64,000 bases of DNA from Camelus ferus (lineage: Eukaryota): the NCBI RefSeq assembly GCF_009834535.1, contig NC_045696.1:28708001-28772000 (forward strand). The letters run 5' to 3'. Shown in pieces: positions 1-13,460 of this stretch; position 1 is the stretch's first letter; every line of letters starts with the position of its first letter. Under the pieces are notes generated by a model. It worked only from the letters and a program-made list of their open reading frames with translations, searched no databases and was not told where the DNA came from. Both the position numbers and the translations under genes were made by a program.

Positions 1-1768
1 ATATGTAGCACTGAAAAATATCTTCTATAGGAAAAATGTTATTAATATTTAAGTTGATTATGTTTCTAAATTACGTATATAATTAGAAAATGTTGCTGCT
101 TTGTTTTATATTCTATGTTTCAAGGCATAAGAGTGATTAAGTACTAAATGTGATTATTTTCTTAAATTTACTTCAATTAGTGTTCATTCAGTGTCCCAAA
201 ATAGGGAGAAGAATATATTGTTAAAGTGTTATTAGATTTGTTTTGGAAAGATGGATATTTGGCCACCAGAGACAACTACATGTTATCCAGTGTGTGAAGC
301 CACAAGGTAATATAGTAAACCTTAAACAGCAACTTCATTAGTATTGCAATTAAGACTTTCAAGAAAGCAGAAAAATCATTTATTTAATATTAAGCCAAAA
401 AAAAAGTATTCAGCTATCTCAAACAAAATTTGCATCTTTTCCACAAAGTACAGAAGAGATTATTCAGCAATGAAAAAGTGATGTTTCTCCATCAAAAAAT
501 GAGTACCATAACAGAGTGATTTTAGAGAATTTGTCTGCTTAATTTTGGAAAAAGAAGTAAAGGAAAATGAGAATTCAGCTTTTTCATAAAGTAAATATCT
601 TAGGAAACTATTTTTATATAGTTATTAAAGAAGGAAAAATCCTTGAATGATGAAGCAGTTTGAAAGACAAGTCACATTCTTGACTACACAAAAGCTAGCA
701 CCTCCCCCTGTAAACCACAAAGTTAATTTTAGATCAAAATTGAAATACTGACAGTAGAAAGAGAACTGAACAGTCAGCTGAAAAGTAGGCCTCTTGATAG
801 TTTCTATTATACATAAATGCATATTTCTCTGAAATATCAGAATGCTATAGGAAAAAAAAAAGGTTCGTATTCCCATTGGTTGTAAGATATATTGTTTTCT
901 ATTAAGGGTTGAAGCTATTAACTAATGTGTTGGAAATTATTACATAATTACTGTGGTACATGTAAACCTTATTGTGGACATGAAACACTGTTTTCCTGTA
1001 CAGAGCTTAGAATAAAAACCTCAGTAAATTGAATGAGCTTCAATCTAGTTTTTCTTAATCCAATCCCTCAAGTCAATTCATGACTTAATATACAGCTGCA
1101 GGACAGACCAAGACTCCATCCTGGCTTTCCATAGATGATTCACTGTCTTGAAGCCCAAGTGTCTTCCATCCAAGGAGGTTTGGGGAGGTTCACTTAAGTG
1201 GCACTGTCTTTCATATGTGAGAGGAAAAGAACTGTTTAGTTTCCCCTTGATGTGCCTGCTGCTAGCACGGGCGTTTGGCAATCATTAGGACTAAAAGCAC
1301 ACATTTATCTCCTATGCACTTAGCTTTCTGAGGTTCTTGGTATATCTTAACAACTGATCACATCATGACTCAAGCTGCTTACCATCATCTGTGTGTGGCA
1401 AGCAGTCTGGCTCTTAATTCTCAGTTAAACTCTCACCTAGGCAAATGTAAAACTCAGACTTCCTAGACATTTACATAGGAGCCCTGAAAAAGTACGGAGG
1501 TGATGAGCAATACCTCTCACTGACGTTCCATGAAACCATCTCTTTTACTTTCCCTGTCTAACTAAGGGCACCTTGGGAGGCTGCCATTTTCAACTGTCTT
1601 TAATGGCTAGAGATTCAAAGTTCTCTTATTCTCAAATTAATTATATTTTAAATAAATTTAGCTTTGTTGTTCATAATTATTCAATTTGTTTGCAAATTAT
1701 CTTCATTTTCCTCCAAGTCAATGTTATTTATGATCTTACTGATGTTGGTGGTCCCTTAGTTAACTTTT

Positions 1769-2206
1769 CAGGCATACTCATTTGAAGATACTGCACTGTT
1801 TTTTAATTGAAGGTTTGTGGCCACCCTGCTTTGAGCAAGTCTATCCATGCTATTTTTCCAACAGCATTTGCTCAGTTCATGTCTCTGTGTCACATTTTGG
1901 TAATTCTTGCAATATGATAACTTCTGCATTATTATCATATATATGTTACAGTGATCTGTGACCTTGGATGTTACTATTGCAAAAAATTATGACTTGCTGA
2001 AGGTTCAGATGACCGCATTTTTTAGCAATAAACCACTTTTTAATTAATGCATGTACTTTTTTTTTAGACATAATGCTATTTCACCCTTAACAGACTACAG
2101 TATAGGGTAAAAAGAACTTTATATGCACTGGGAAACCAAGAGAACTGTGTGACTCACTTTTAATGCAGTGGTATGGAGCCAAACCCACATCTCCGAGGTA
2201 TGCCTA
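1769..2206 (+). mobile_element. Tigger1 internal-deletion derivative (Tigger1a-type MITE, TcMar-Tigger)
   Basis: Begins CAGGCATAC, ends CTCCGAGGTATGCCT; contains the Tigger1 5' segment TTGAAGGTTTGTGGCCACCCTGC..GTGTCACATTTTGGTAATTC joined to the 3' segment AGACATAATGCTATT..ATATGCACTGGGAAACC. Confidence 0.9.
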
Positions 2207-2429
2207 TACTTTCAGATCTGTGATAAGTGCTGCGTAACATGTCAATAAAGAATTTGAGTTATTGTTTCATTATTTCTTAATGGGATGCTAGGGGGGACTT
2301 GGAAAGGAAAATTGAACACACTTTTGCTTTCTTACATTATTGATCTTCAGACATCAAGATTCCTCAGAAAATCTTATCACACTATCTACAGGCGTGTTTA
2401 GTCTTAGTCTAAGTCTGTTCTATCAATAA

Positions 2430-2545
2430 GGCTGCCATACGCATGCAATACTTGGGGTGTACTTATACTTAAAACATATGCATTGTTTCCTTAAAATTCA
2501 AATTTAAATGGGCATCCTGTACATTTTATTTACTAAAACAGATTA
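2430..2545. mobile_element. MER53-like hAT fragment
   Basis: ACTTATACTTAAAA..AAATTCAAATTTAAATGGGCATCCTGTACATTTTATTTACTAAA resembles one arm of the palindromic MER53. Confidence 0.65.
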
Positions 2546-2549
2546 CCTT

Positions 2550-3255
2550 TACATTAGTTTCCTGAAGCTAGTGCCTTAGTCCATTCAGGCTGCTAAAACA
2601 AAATACCATAGCCTGGGTAGCTTGTAAACAAATGACAAATGTGTCTCTCATATTCTAGAAGCTGGAAATTCAAGATTAGGGCACCAACATGGTTGAGTTC
2701 TATGTCTGTTGAGGGCACGCTTCTTGGTTCACAGATAGCAGTCTTTTTGATGTAACCTTACCTGACAGATGCGGCAAGGAAGGTTTCTCAGGCCACTTTT
2801 ATAAGGTCACTGATCCCATTCATGAGGAATCTGCCCTCATGAACTAATCATTCCCAGAAGGCCCCATATCCTAACACCATCCCCCTGGGGGTTAGGTTTC
2901 AGCATATGACTTTCGGGGGAGGGACACAAAATTTCAACAGTGCAGCTACCACAACAAAGTACCACAAACTGAGTTATTACATAAAACAACAGAAATTTAT
3001 TCTGTCAGAGTTCTGGAGTCCTGAAGGATGAAATCAAGGTGTGGACAGGGACCTGCAGTGTTGCCTCTTCCTGGCCTCTGGGGTCTGCCGGGTATCTTTG
3101 GTATTCCTTGGCTTGCGGCTGCAGTAGCTGTCTCTGCTCTGACACCACGTGATGTTCTACCTTTGTGTGTCTGTCTTTGCATTTCTTCTCCTTTTCTACC
3201 CTTCTCCAGTATGACTCCGTCTTAAATAACTGCACCTCAAATGACTCTATTCCAA
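2550..3255 (-). mobile_element. MLT1C-like MaLR LTR, interrupted by an MLT1A-like LTR
   Basis: ATTAGTTTCCTGAAGCTA..[insert]..GCTACCACAACAAAGTACCACAAACTG..AACAACAGAAATTTATTCTGTCAGAGTTCTGGAG..TTCCTTGGCTTGCGGCTGCA. Confidence 0.8.
2572..2944 (-). mobile_element. MLT1A/MLT1A0-like MaLR solo LTR nested in MLT1C
   Basis: TGCCTTAGTCCATTCAGGCTGCTAAAACAAAATACCATAG ... GGGACACAAAATTTCAACAGTGCA; 5-bp TSD GCTAG (2567-2571) / GCTAC (2945-2949). Confidence 0.9.
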
Positions 3256-3258
3256 GTA

Positions 3259-3435
3259 CAGTTGACCTTTGAACAACATGGGTTGGAAATGTGAGGGACC
3301 ACTTACATGCCCACAGATTTTGTTCACTAAATATGTACTATGGTACCACACCCCACAGTTGGTTGAACCCTTGGATGAGCAGATACAGAGGGGCGACCGT
3401 AAAGTTATATGTGGATTTCTGACTGCACAAGGGTA
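3259..3435 (+). mobile_element. Tigger2a-type MITE, right end missing
   Basis: TA|CAGTTGACCTTTGAACAACATGGGTT left TIR; GATACAGAGGGGCGACCGTAAAGTTATATGTGGATTTCTGACTGCAC; no right TIR. Confidence 0.85.
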
Positions 3436-6400
3436 TGATTAAGTAAATCTGACACCCCTACTTGGTTTCCTTTGCATTGTCAAAAGTTTTTTTTTTTTTA
3501 ACTTTGTTTGTCAAAACATACCAGCATATGTAAAATGTGGCCAACTACAGATCTACAGTTTTGGTTTTACTTAAAAATCATGAAAAAATCATTTCTTTTT
3601 ACTTTCCCAAAACTTCTGTAGCATTGGATTATTACTTATGAGATTAGAAAAAAAAATAAGTTCAGTTAGAAATTTTACAGGTGTATAACATTTTACAACC
3701 AAAAAATTGCAGAAATGTAATTTCTGTATAAACTTTTGTTGCAAATAATAGTTTGAAAATGCTATTGGCTTTGAAGCAATAACACTGTATTTACATTATT
3801 TCAGTCTTATTCTGAACTCTAGTTATTTCAGGATATTCTAGCAGTATATTTAATGAAGCAAAATGAATCCTAACTAAAGATGATCTTTCATTATTCGAGA
3901 CTGTGAACGAAATGGCATCTATCAGGGCAAAGCAATCCACTAATGGAAATTTACCATTATGAATGTGAAAAACTTAGTCTATTCCTCCCTCACCTTTACA
4001 TTAATTAAATAGCATTTAGGTTTTCCCACTCAATATTCGTTTCATTATGAATATAACTGATGAGATAAAGGTGAACTGCGATGCCAACATGGTAAATGTT
4101 TAAGGTTAGTATGTCACTTAGTGTATTTATCCCTATCATTCTTGGTCTTTCGTATGTGATTCATTGTGCTCATGTCTGTCTGTCTTGAAATACCACTGCT
4201 CCTAATCTCTTTATAATGCAATTGGCAGGCGCACAGCATTTTTGAACACCAACACCGAGAATACTTGATAATATTCCTTTGTGTGCTACCATTAAAATAT
4301 GCTAACTAAGGTAGATTTGAGGAAGAATACAAAGGCACTTTGAAAGGTTATGATCTATGACAATTCACAGCTTTAGAGTCGGTTTAATTGGATTAATTGT
4401 TGCTCAGAAGAATCTGAGGAACAAAGAACACATTGACTGAACGTTTTCATGGAAAGAAATCTGACCTTTTCAATATTAGTGCATTGAGTCACAGATTATT
4501 CTCTCTCTCCCACAACAAAAGAATTTTATAAGGAAAAGGTAGATGTGATATTCGAAAGGATGGAAAATTTATTTAAAAATCGGTACTCCCACATCTGGTG
4601 GGAATCAGAAAGAATTACTACCACATACATTTTGTGTGACTTGTTACAGCAATAAAAATTTTAATTATATGTGCATCTTTTAAATTAAGAATATTATATT
4701 ATCCTATATTCTTAATTTAAATTAATTAATTTGCACTAAGATAATTAGAGAAGAACTTCATTTTATTCAGTGATATCACTGATCTAAACAGAGGTTTTAT
4801 TTGTTTCCTTCTGTTTTAGAATTCTAAGTAATTATTTTATGAATTTATAATTTTTAAACTTAGTTACCTTAATCTCTGTCTTCAACAAACACTTTCCCTA
4901 GATAATTATAAGGCAGAAATCAAACTGTACCACATGAAAAGTGACAAGAGGATACTCAGAAGAAAGATTTATTCTAACTGAATGAAGCAGGGAAAGCTAC
5001 ACAAAAGAGTTGACAATCAAGTTGAGTGGAGTTGCTTGTAATTCCAAAAATACACTATACATTTTTGTAACTCCGTAACTCCCAAACTCCACAATGGCCA
5101 TTAGATTCTGGCATTCCTAACCTCCAGTGTCTTGTAGTCTAGTCAAACTTGCGCTTCTGTTTTCAAAGCCTTAGCTGTCACCTCCTCTGTGAAGTTTTTT
5201 CTAACCTTTTCAAATCAAATTAGGCATCGCTTCTTGGAATGTTTCATTACCAATTACACACAGTAGCTCCTAATAGAATTTCCTATACGTGTAGTAATAT
5301 TTTATGCTTGCCTCTGTGACAGAATAAGCACTTTTTGATCAGGGTTAATACTCTTGAATATGACATTTTTAGTGGTGTAGGGTTGTTATTCACATAAAAT
5401 TGGAGAAAAAAAGGAAATGCATAAAAAGACATTCACTTAAGATTTAACAAGGCACTTTATCCTTGTTTGTCTTTAAGTTTACAATGCTATTCATTGTATA
5501 GGTGAGAATATTTATTCTGAAAAATGTATTCTAACTATCTAAGATACATGAAGTAATTTGATTCAATAACAGTCAAGGGGAAATTCATAACACAGTGCGT
5601 TAGACTCAAAGTACCCCCAGATCAGCAAACCTTTTAGTTGTAAAAGCAGGAGAGAGTGTGGAGAGATAACAGTGAATGCTTCAAGGAGCATCTCAAATGC
5701 CAATATGAATGCTAATGTATCTTGAATGCAAACTGACAGGTAAATCTTGATTTAGAAATGAAAACAGTGACAGTAACAGGAGATGGGCAGTCAGAATCCA
5801 CCTGGCATTTGACATTTCCAATTAATGCTGATTTTTAGTTGCTAAATAATATTGTCAGAAATAATCATTGTAAAGAGTAAAAAGAAACACAGTGTATATT
5901 TTATGCATCTTATATTTAATAATTCATAACCATCAGATATCAGTAAAAACAGACAGATAAAAAGACATCCCTAAATGTTACCATTTATAATGATGAACTG
6001 ATTTTTCCTTAGCACCAAAGGAAGTGGCTGCATATTTTGATATAATTATTTTTACTTAATCAATATTTGGATCCCAAATGTGTTGATTATCATCCTCATA
6101 AAGGCCGTTTTGTCTTCTAGCGAAAAGGCATAGGAAAATATCAGTGACAAGATGAAATAAGATACTCCATACATTAAAGAGCAAGTACACAAATATGTCA
6201 AAAAGAAGAAGGAAATAAAGAAAGAAAAAAAAACACTCTGCTATTACAGGCCAAATATGACATGACAGAGGTCCTAATTCTCAACAGTGCAAGATTGTAG
6301 ACATTATGTATCTAGGTGTTTTTCTATATGTTTTTCAGGCATAAAGAAATAATTACTAACAAAATATATTAATGTTGAATTTTGGGAGGGGCACTGTCTT

Positions 6401-6945
6401 TCTTTTTTTCACTTTACCATTTATTACAATGGTCTAATTAGTGGGTTTTAAGAATAAATTAGTCTTCAAAATACACTTAACTCCAGGTATTCAGCTACTT
6501 AAAAAAAACCAGACATTTTCTACATAAGCTTTTTCAGCTGTATTTTTTTCAAATCTTTAGCTGCAGAATTTCTAACCAATTTTCAACCCCTTTCTCTATA
6601 AAAGTTTACCGAGCATCTACTCCATTTCAGATGTGCTGTGCCAGATGATATGGATAAAGAATAAAAACACATTCAACTTCCTCAGGAATTCCACTACTTA
6701 CTGAATAAGAGATGTGCATAGCCTCAATTACGGCTTATTTTGGTAACTGTAAATCAGAGTGGCTTTTTCTTTCTTGACTATGGGTTAACTTCTTAGAAAT
6801 TAATCCAGTGGCTGGGGAAATTCTATGAACACCCACTCAGTAAATCCATATTTTCACCATGCAGTATGTATTTATCGGAAGTGGTTACTGATTTTAATAG
6901 CTTTTAGAAGTCTTGTTTTTAAGAAATAACTTCCCTTTTATAGTA

Positions 6946-7440
6946 TAGGCATACTTCAGAGATATTTTGGATCCCAGACCACTGCAATAAAGTGAATATC
7001 ACAATAAAGTGAATTACACAATTTTTTTGGTTTCCTAGTGCACATAAACTGATATTTATACTATGGCGTAGTCTATTAAGTGCACAATAGCATTATGTCT
7101 AAAAACAATGTAATACCTTAATTCAAAAAGATACTTTATTGTTAAAAAAAAAAAAAAAGCACTAACCATTATTTAAGCCTTCAGTGACTGGTAATCTTTT
7201 TCAATAGTGACATCCAAGATCACTGACCACAGATCACCATAACAAATACAATGATAATTATATTTATTAAAAAGATTGAGATGTTGTGAGAATAACCAAA
7301 ATGTGTTACAGGGACATGAAGTGAGCAAACACTACTGGGAAAAACGGCACTCGTATACTTGCCATAAACCTTCAATTTGTAAAAAATGCAGTATTTGTGA
7401 AGAGCAATAAAGCAAAGTGCAATAAAATGAAGTGTGCCTG
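6946..7440 (-). mobile_element. Tigger1a-type MITE, second copy, complete
   Basis: TA|TAGGCATACTTCAGAGATATT ... AATAAAATGAAGTGTGCCTG|TA; TA TSD on both sides; same internal junction as the copy at 1769-2206. Confidence 0.92.
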
Positions 7441-7586
7441 TACCAGCATCAGGTTTTTATAGACAGTGGTTTCTGATTTTGTTTGAATGGAAGCATTTTA
7501 TTCTCTGTGGAAAAGAAAGTTTTCTTTTATTATTCCTTTTTCTATTTTTGCTTCTGTATTCTTCCTTTTTGTTTTTCAATACTTTG

Positions 7587-7736
7587 TATATCCCATGTAT
7601 AAAGAACTCCTACAGCTCAAGAATGACAAAAACAACCCGATTAAAAAAATGGACAAAGGACTTGATAGACACTTCTCCGAAGAAGACACACAGAGATGGC
7701 CAATAAGCACACGAAGGGATGCCCAGCATCAGTCCC
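7587..7736 (+). mobile_element. Old L1 ORF2 C-terminal fragment
   Basis: Translates to YKELLQLKNDKNNPIKK / KWTKDLxRHFSEEDTQ, typical L1 ORF2 sequence, frameshifted. Confidence 0.88.
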
Positions 7737-9799
7737 TGCTAAGGCTTGGGACAGCTAATGAACAACATTAAGATCCAATATTTAACTCACAACAGGATAG
7801 AAAATTAAGCTATGAACACATCATTTTTATTGAGGTTGTGATGATAGAAATCCCAGAAGTGTTAATAATATTTTTGGATATCAGTGCATGATTGTGTGCA
7901 AAATAATTATCTGTGGATTAACAGATAGCAATTTTTTACAGTTCATTGCCCAAAGCCATTTGTTAAGAAAAAACCATCAGTTTCTATGAAATCTCAAAAC
8001 CCTTAAAGCAACTTTTTTCTACTTCTTCATCTTTAACAAATTATCACAAGTCACCGCCTGAAGTGATAAGATTTTTCTGTAGAGTCATCCTCACTTTTAT
8101 TTTAACCATAGATCTCTCATATATTTCTTTTTGGCCAAATAAGATCAGGGTAAATAAATCAGGGAATTCAACTAATAGGCAAACCGATCAATATCTCTTG
8201 CTTTTTGTATTAATAATTCTACAATGTCATTTGTGGAAGGTATTATGAATCACACGTTGCTAGGCTTATTTTCTGATGTGTTAGAATAACTGAATTCTGA
8301 CCATTACATATTTTAGTCAGTAACTAGGCCAAAAGCCACAATTTTTACTTGATAAAAGACACTCATTCCATGTTCAAATTATCTTGGTAAGCTGTTTGAT
8401 TATTTGGCATTTGGTTTTTAAATGTTAAGGGGGTCTTCAATAGTCAAAGATCATCATTAATTTTCACTCGTAAGCTTCACAAGGAGTCATTTTATACATA
8501 TGTTTAAATTCACTTTTAGCTTCTCAGTTAAAAACAAGAAGTTCCTTTGAATAATGCAATGATGTTATCGCAAAGTTACTCTAAGTACTATCAATTTAAA
8601 ATGCCCTGAGAGTATTTTGTCCTAGGTTCTCATGAATATTTTGCCTCTGAAAATAAAGGCTGCAGGAAACAAACACATTTCAGATTTCTGAATATGTATG
8701 TATTTCAGTAGGACAAATAAATGATTAGGAAAGCAAAGCAGATACGAAAAATGAAGCCTGTCTTAAGGCTCTTCTCCCTCAAAGGTATCAATATAACTTT
8801 GTCTGAGGTCTGATTTAATCGAAATCCAAAGGATTTTCTTAGATTGTGTGTGAGAACAAATTAATTTAAGCACTTTTGACTTCCTAAATGAAGACAAAAA
8901 ATCTCTGAATTTCCTGATGAAACTTTTAATAAATTAAGCTATTAAAATTTATACTGCATTCCATATTATCTTTCCTGTATGAAAATGTGTGATTTCCTTC
9001 TATAGTCTCACACTTTTTAGTGACAAAATTTGAAGTTTTATATTATTAAAGTCTTCTTACAAATACATCTGCCATGATATGACCATACTCATACACTGGT
9101 GTAAGTGATTAAACATTTCTGGCAAAAAGTCAGAACAATATTTTTAATGAATTTGTTGAATTTCACTTCAAACTATTCAAATTGAATAAATAATACTTTG
9201 TAGCCTGTATTTATATGAAACCCCATGGCGTTTTACCCCTCAGATATCCCAGGGTTTCCTAAAACTTTTAATTTTTATTTAGGATAACATTATTTGGTTT
9301 TAAAGTTCTCATGAACCTTAGGTCTGGAGCAAGTACAAGTGGGAGAAAGTAACAAACAGCAATACTTTAAGTCAAAGCTATAAAACAAAAATAATTCAAA
9401 GGCACTTATTGTACTAATTTCATAAGATAAGACAATACGCTTAGTACTAGAATATAAAGTTCAGACAAGTTTAGTGTCAACATGTTGTAAAATACGGTAT
9501 GACATATGGGGAATAGTTTAAAAATAATATGAATATTTTAAAAAGTAAACACATAGAAGATATAGTTAATACAGCAGTGTTCACATGTAACATTTTATTA
9601 TCCAGAAATCATGCATGGTTGTATTTTTTTTGTATTTTTTTTTTGTTACTAAGCCTTTTTTAAACATGAAATCACTAAAGATGAGAGGGATTAAGTAGCC
9701 AGCCCAAAGTTACCAAACTATTGTTAGCAGTATATTTTAATAAAGGAAAAGAGTTTTAATAAAGCATATATAGCTTTAAATTCCTATTTACTACCTAGA

Positions 9800-10075
9800 A
9801 AATTAACTCCAGAGAGACAAGAGTCTTGGTTGCTTTCGTTCATTGGTGATTCCCGTGTGCCTTGAGCAGCCCCAGCGAGCACTAGGGAGGTACTCAGAAC
9901 ACATTTGTTGAATGACTGCACTTGTGTGGGCATGTTAATTGCTTTCTCTTTGTATTGGTGTTATTAATGACACCTACGGCATTGAGTTGTTGTAAGAATT
10001 AAGAAAGGCGATACAGGAAACACATCTAGTATCACTCGCTTAGTGGAGTCTGAAAACACTTGATAAACGTTAGTT
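9800..10075 (+). mobile_element. L2 3' end followed by a MIR fragment
   Basis: GGAGGTACTCAGAACACATTTGTTGAATGA (L2 tail); GAGTTGTTGTAAGAATTAAG (MIR core). Confidence 0.6.
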
Positions 10076-10349
10076 CTGGGTATATATTTTGATAGAAAAT
10101 CTTTGCTGTTATTTAAAGGCATTATTAAAAAATAAATCTATGGCCCAGGCCAGGCTAGACTAGGTTGGTACTTCTAAGGGGGCTTTTTCTTTTTTACTGG
10201 TTACCTTCAAATTATAAGAGAAAAATGCCTCTTTCGCCTATGATATTAGATGGCTCCTGGTGAAACTTATGAATATTAATTAGTTGACTATGTGATAAGA
10301 ATTGTTATGCCCTTACCAACATTAACTCTGTCAGTCCTCCTTTTACAAT

Positions 10350-10771
10350 TTCAGGTATCCATATTAAAAATGTAAGAAGAAAGCTAGTGAAATTAGTTTT
10401 AAGAATACATTTTATTTAAAGAAAAAAATCTAAATTATTCTTCTAATACTTAGTCAACAAAATATTATTGTGATATTTTACATTATTTCTGTATTTAATC
10501 TCTGAAATCTAGTGTGTATTTTATATTTACAGCTCATCTCAATTAAGATGGTAAATTTTCAGAGAGAAATAAGTAATCTGTATTTAGACTTCATAAAATC
10601 TAGGTGAAACACTAGATTCATAGACTCATAGGTTTTCAATAACTGAATAGAATATTAGTTGTAAATTTAAGTTAAATTATTTAAAATTAAGCACAGTTCA
10701 CTTGTACTACCCGTACTTCAAGTGCTAAATCATTACATGTGGCTGGTGGCTACTATACTGGAAAAGTGCAG
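10350..10771. mobile_element. hAT-Charlie (Charlie1/MER33-like) terminal fragment
   Basis: GAAATCTAGTGTGTATTTTATATTTACAGCTCATCTCAATT ... TTCAAGTGCTAAATCATTACATGTGGCTGGTGGCTACTATACTGGAAAAGTGCAG. Confidence 0.85.
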
Positions 10772-12244
10772 ACATATATCATTAACAGAGAATAAGGTAC
10801 CTAGAAAACAGATGTTTAAAAATACATTCTGAATGAATAAATGAATATATGATTTTTAAAAGGTATCTGTAGCCTAACAGATGTATATTTTCATTATTCA
10901 TCAGTATTTTTTCATGTAAACTATTTACATCAGTATTTTCCAATCTAGCATTTTCTACATCTAATATTTTCTAAAGAGTAACAATTTTGCCTCATCTGAT
11001 TTATTCAGCCTAAAGCTCTGAATCCTTCACCAAATTATACACAGAAAAATATTTTAATGATGATTGTATAACTCACTCTGTCCCTAAGACAATTCATTTG
11101 TATTTTTTAATAGATGGATACATTTTCTGTGTGTGTGAGTGTATTGGATGGTGCTTATTAGGGCACCATCCAATTAAAGGAAAAAATTAAAAGAGATGAA
11201 AATATTACTTAGGTAATAAATTGTGAAATAAACATGTTGCACAAAAAATAAGCTTCACATTTGATAACATTTATTTTTTTTTTCAAATTAAAGATTATCA
11301 ATCTCTGCCATAATTTAGTTGCAAATGCTATAATAATTTATGGACATGGAAAAGTGAGCACAATTTTTAACCTGTCAAAAAGAAATATGACAAAAGTTAA
11401 TCTAGGAGGCACAACTAATTCACATGAATTGTTTTAGACTTTGCCATTATTGATTATTGTGGCCCTGGTATTTTTGAATCCAACACTCAATCGCAATGGT
11501 GTCAAATTTGATAATGAACCAAGTTTGATCTCATTCTTTGTGGCTTTGCATGATTGCACCCTAAGTACATTTGTTCTGTTTAACATCAGAAAAGCAATGA
11601 TGAATTTTGAAATTGGAGTGAATAGAGAATATAGTTGTTGTTGACTGACAAGTGGAGGTTGAAATTGTAACAAGTTCTCTTTATAATATGGTGAATTTGT
11701 TCAAACATTGACATCTGTTTTTGCTGGGAAACCATGAACGATCTCTGGGCTACAAATTGATTCTGCTTGGTCACTCAGCTGGTGGAACACAGGAGTAATT
11801 TACAGAGAGATGACTGTTCATTTACTTACAAATTTCCTCATTCTTAGGCAAGTGAGCATTCCAGAGGCAATACAACTACCAACAAGTCTGTGTACACTCT
11901 GACACTTCTAAAATAATTCAAAACGGAACTCTCTCTGGAGCTAGCGACTTTCAGTAGGATCCAATTATATACCTTTCACTTTTTATAAAAGTCAAAGTGA
12001 GAATTTAAAATCAACATAACTCTGAGGCAGAACAAAAGCAGGGTAAAAATGGATATTTTAACAAAGGTACAACAATAAAAATACTTATTTTAAAATTATA
12101 GTGATTTGACAACCACTGTGATTAACTCTGATCCTTGAAATGTACCATACCCTTTAATTATATTCCCCTGCCACCCTCCTGAATAGACTATCAAATAATC
12201 TTTTTTTAGATTTTTTTAAAGTACATAAAAACAGAACACATTCT

Positions 12245-12337
12245 TTCTTTTTTTTTTAAATGGAGGTTCGAGGGATTGAACCCAGGACCCATGCTGAGTA
12301 CATGCTCTGCCACTGAGCTATTACCATTCGCCACCAA
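12245..12337 (-). mobile_element. tRNA-Ala-derived SINE (camelid Vic-1 type)
   Basis: Minus strand reads TAGCTCAGTGGCAGAGCATGTACTCAGCATGGGTCCTGGGTTCAATCCCTCGAACCTCCA plus poly(A) (A and B boxes); TSD AACACATTCT at 12235-12244 and 12338-12347. Confidence 0.9.
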
Positions 12338-12401
12338 AACACATTCTATAATTAGAATCCATATTCTTTTCTTTAAAAGGCAAGATAATATCATTTGGAG
12401 C

Positions 12402-12759
12402 TGCTAAATTAATTAAACAAGGAGGCCATTAGACTGAGGTGGTTCTAATGCCTTAGCAGCCTACATAAGCAAACCCAAACCTAAGCCTGTAAATGTCTCG
12501 AGGTAAATAAATAAAAACCTAAGGACAATGAATCACAAACAGCCACCTAGGTCTTTCTTAAACAAGGCAACTGCTGAAGCTCTAGCCAAGCCATAATATT
12601 CCTGCTTTAACTCCGCATCTTCTCTATAAAAGTCTTGCCCCTAGCTCTGGTCAGTGGAGCTTGCTTCTAACTGCTTCTGGTTTGGCACTGCCCCATGGGA
12701 ATTAATTTTTGCTCAAATAAACTCAAACATTTTACTATACTTCCATTTATATTTTAATA
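12402..12759 (+). mobile_element. ERV1-class solo LTR
   Basis: Termini TGCTAAAT...ATTTTAATA; TATAAAA ~12625, AATAAA ~12716; 4-bp TSD GAGC/GAAC. Confidence 0.8.
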
Positions 12760-12859
12760 GAACTGACATTCTTTGATAAAGATAATAATGTGTTCATTCA
12801 GTCTCCAACATAGGTACTTCATAAATATTTGTTGAAGGAATGAAAAAATTAAATTGAAT

Positions 12860-13460
12860 TGAATTAAGTGGATTATCTATACATGTAAAACTTCTTTGTA
12901 TCAATAAGATTTTAAATATTATAAAAAGTAAATGACAATTTAGTAAAATATTTGCAATATACATTACAGGTATATATTTTTTAAGTCTGAGGATGTCTTT
13001 GCAAATTAATAAGAAAAAAATCAACAGTTCAGTTGAAAAAAGAACAAGAGTATGGGCAAAGATAACATGGATTATGTACAAATGATGAGAAATATTTTCA
13101 TTACAACCAGTATCAATAGAAAAGAAAAAGTAAAAGAAAGCAATATGCACATGGTTTCATTTAGTGTATTGTGTAATAGGAAAACCAAAAGTTTTCTTAC
13201 ATACCCTTTGCAATCTACCATTTCTTTCTTCTCCAGCCAAAGGCAACCTCTCATCTGTTTCTCATCTCTACAGATTAAATTGTGCTTTCTATAATTAAAA
13301 AAAAAAATTACACCACACTGTAGATTTCTTTGGCTGGCTGACTTCTTTCACTCAGCATAATGATTTTGAGGTTCATTATCTTATAGATTCATTTTTCTTT
13401 TAGAGTATAGTGATATATTTCTTTATATTATATCCAAACATCCATGTTCAACATACTAAT
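12860..13460. mobile_element. Ancient L1 (L1M) fragments in both orientations
   Basis: AAAATATTTGCAATATAC..CAAATTAATAAGAAAAAAATCAACAG (+); CTGACTTCTTTCACTCAGCATAATGATTTTGAGGTTCAT (-). Confidence 0.6.
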
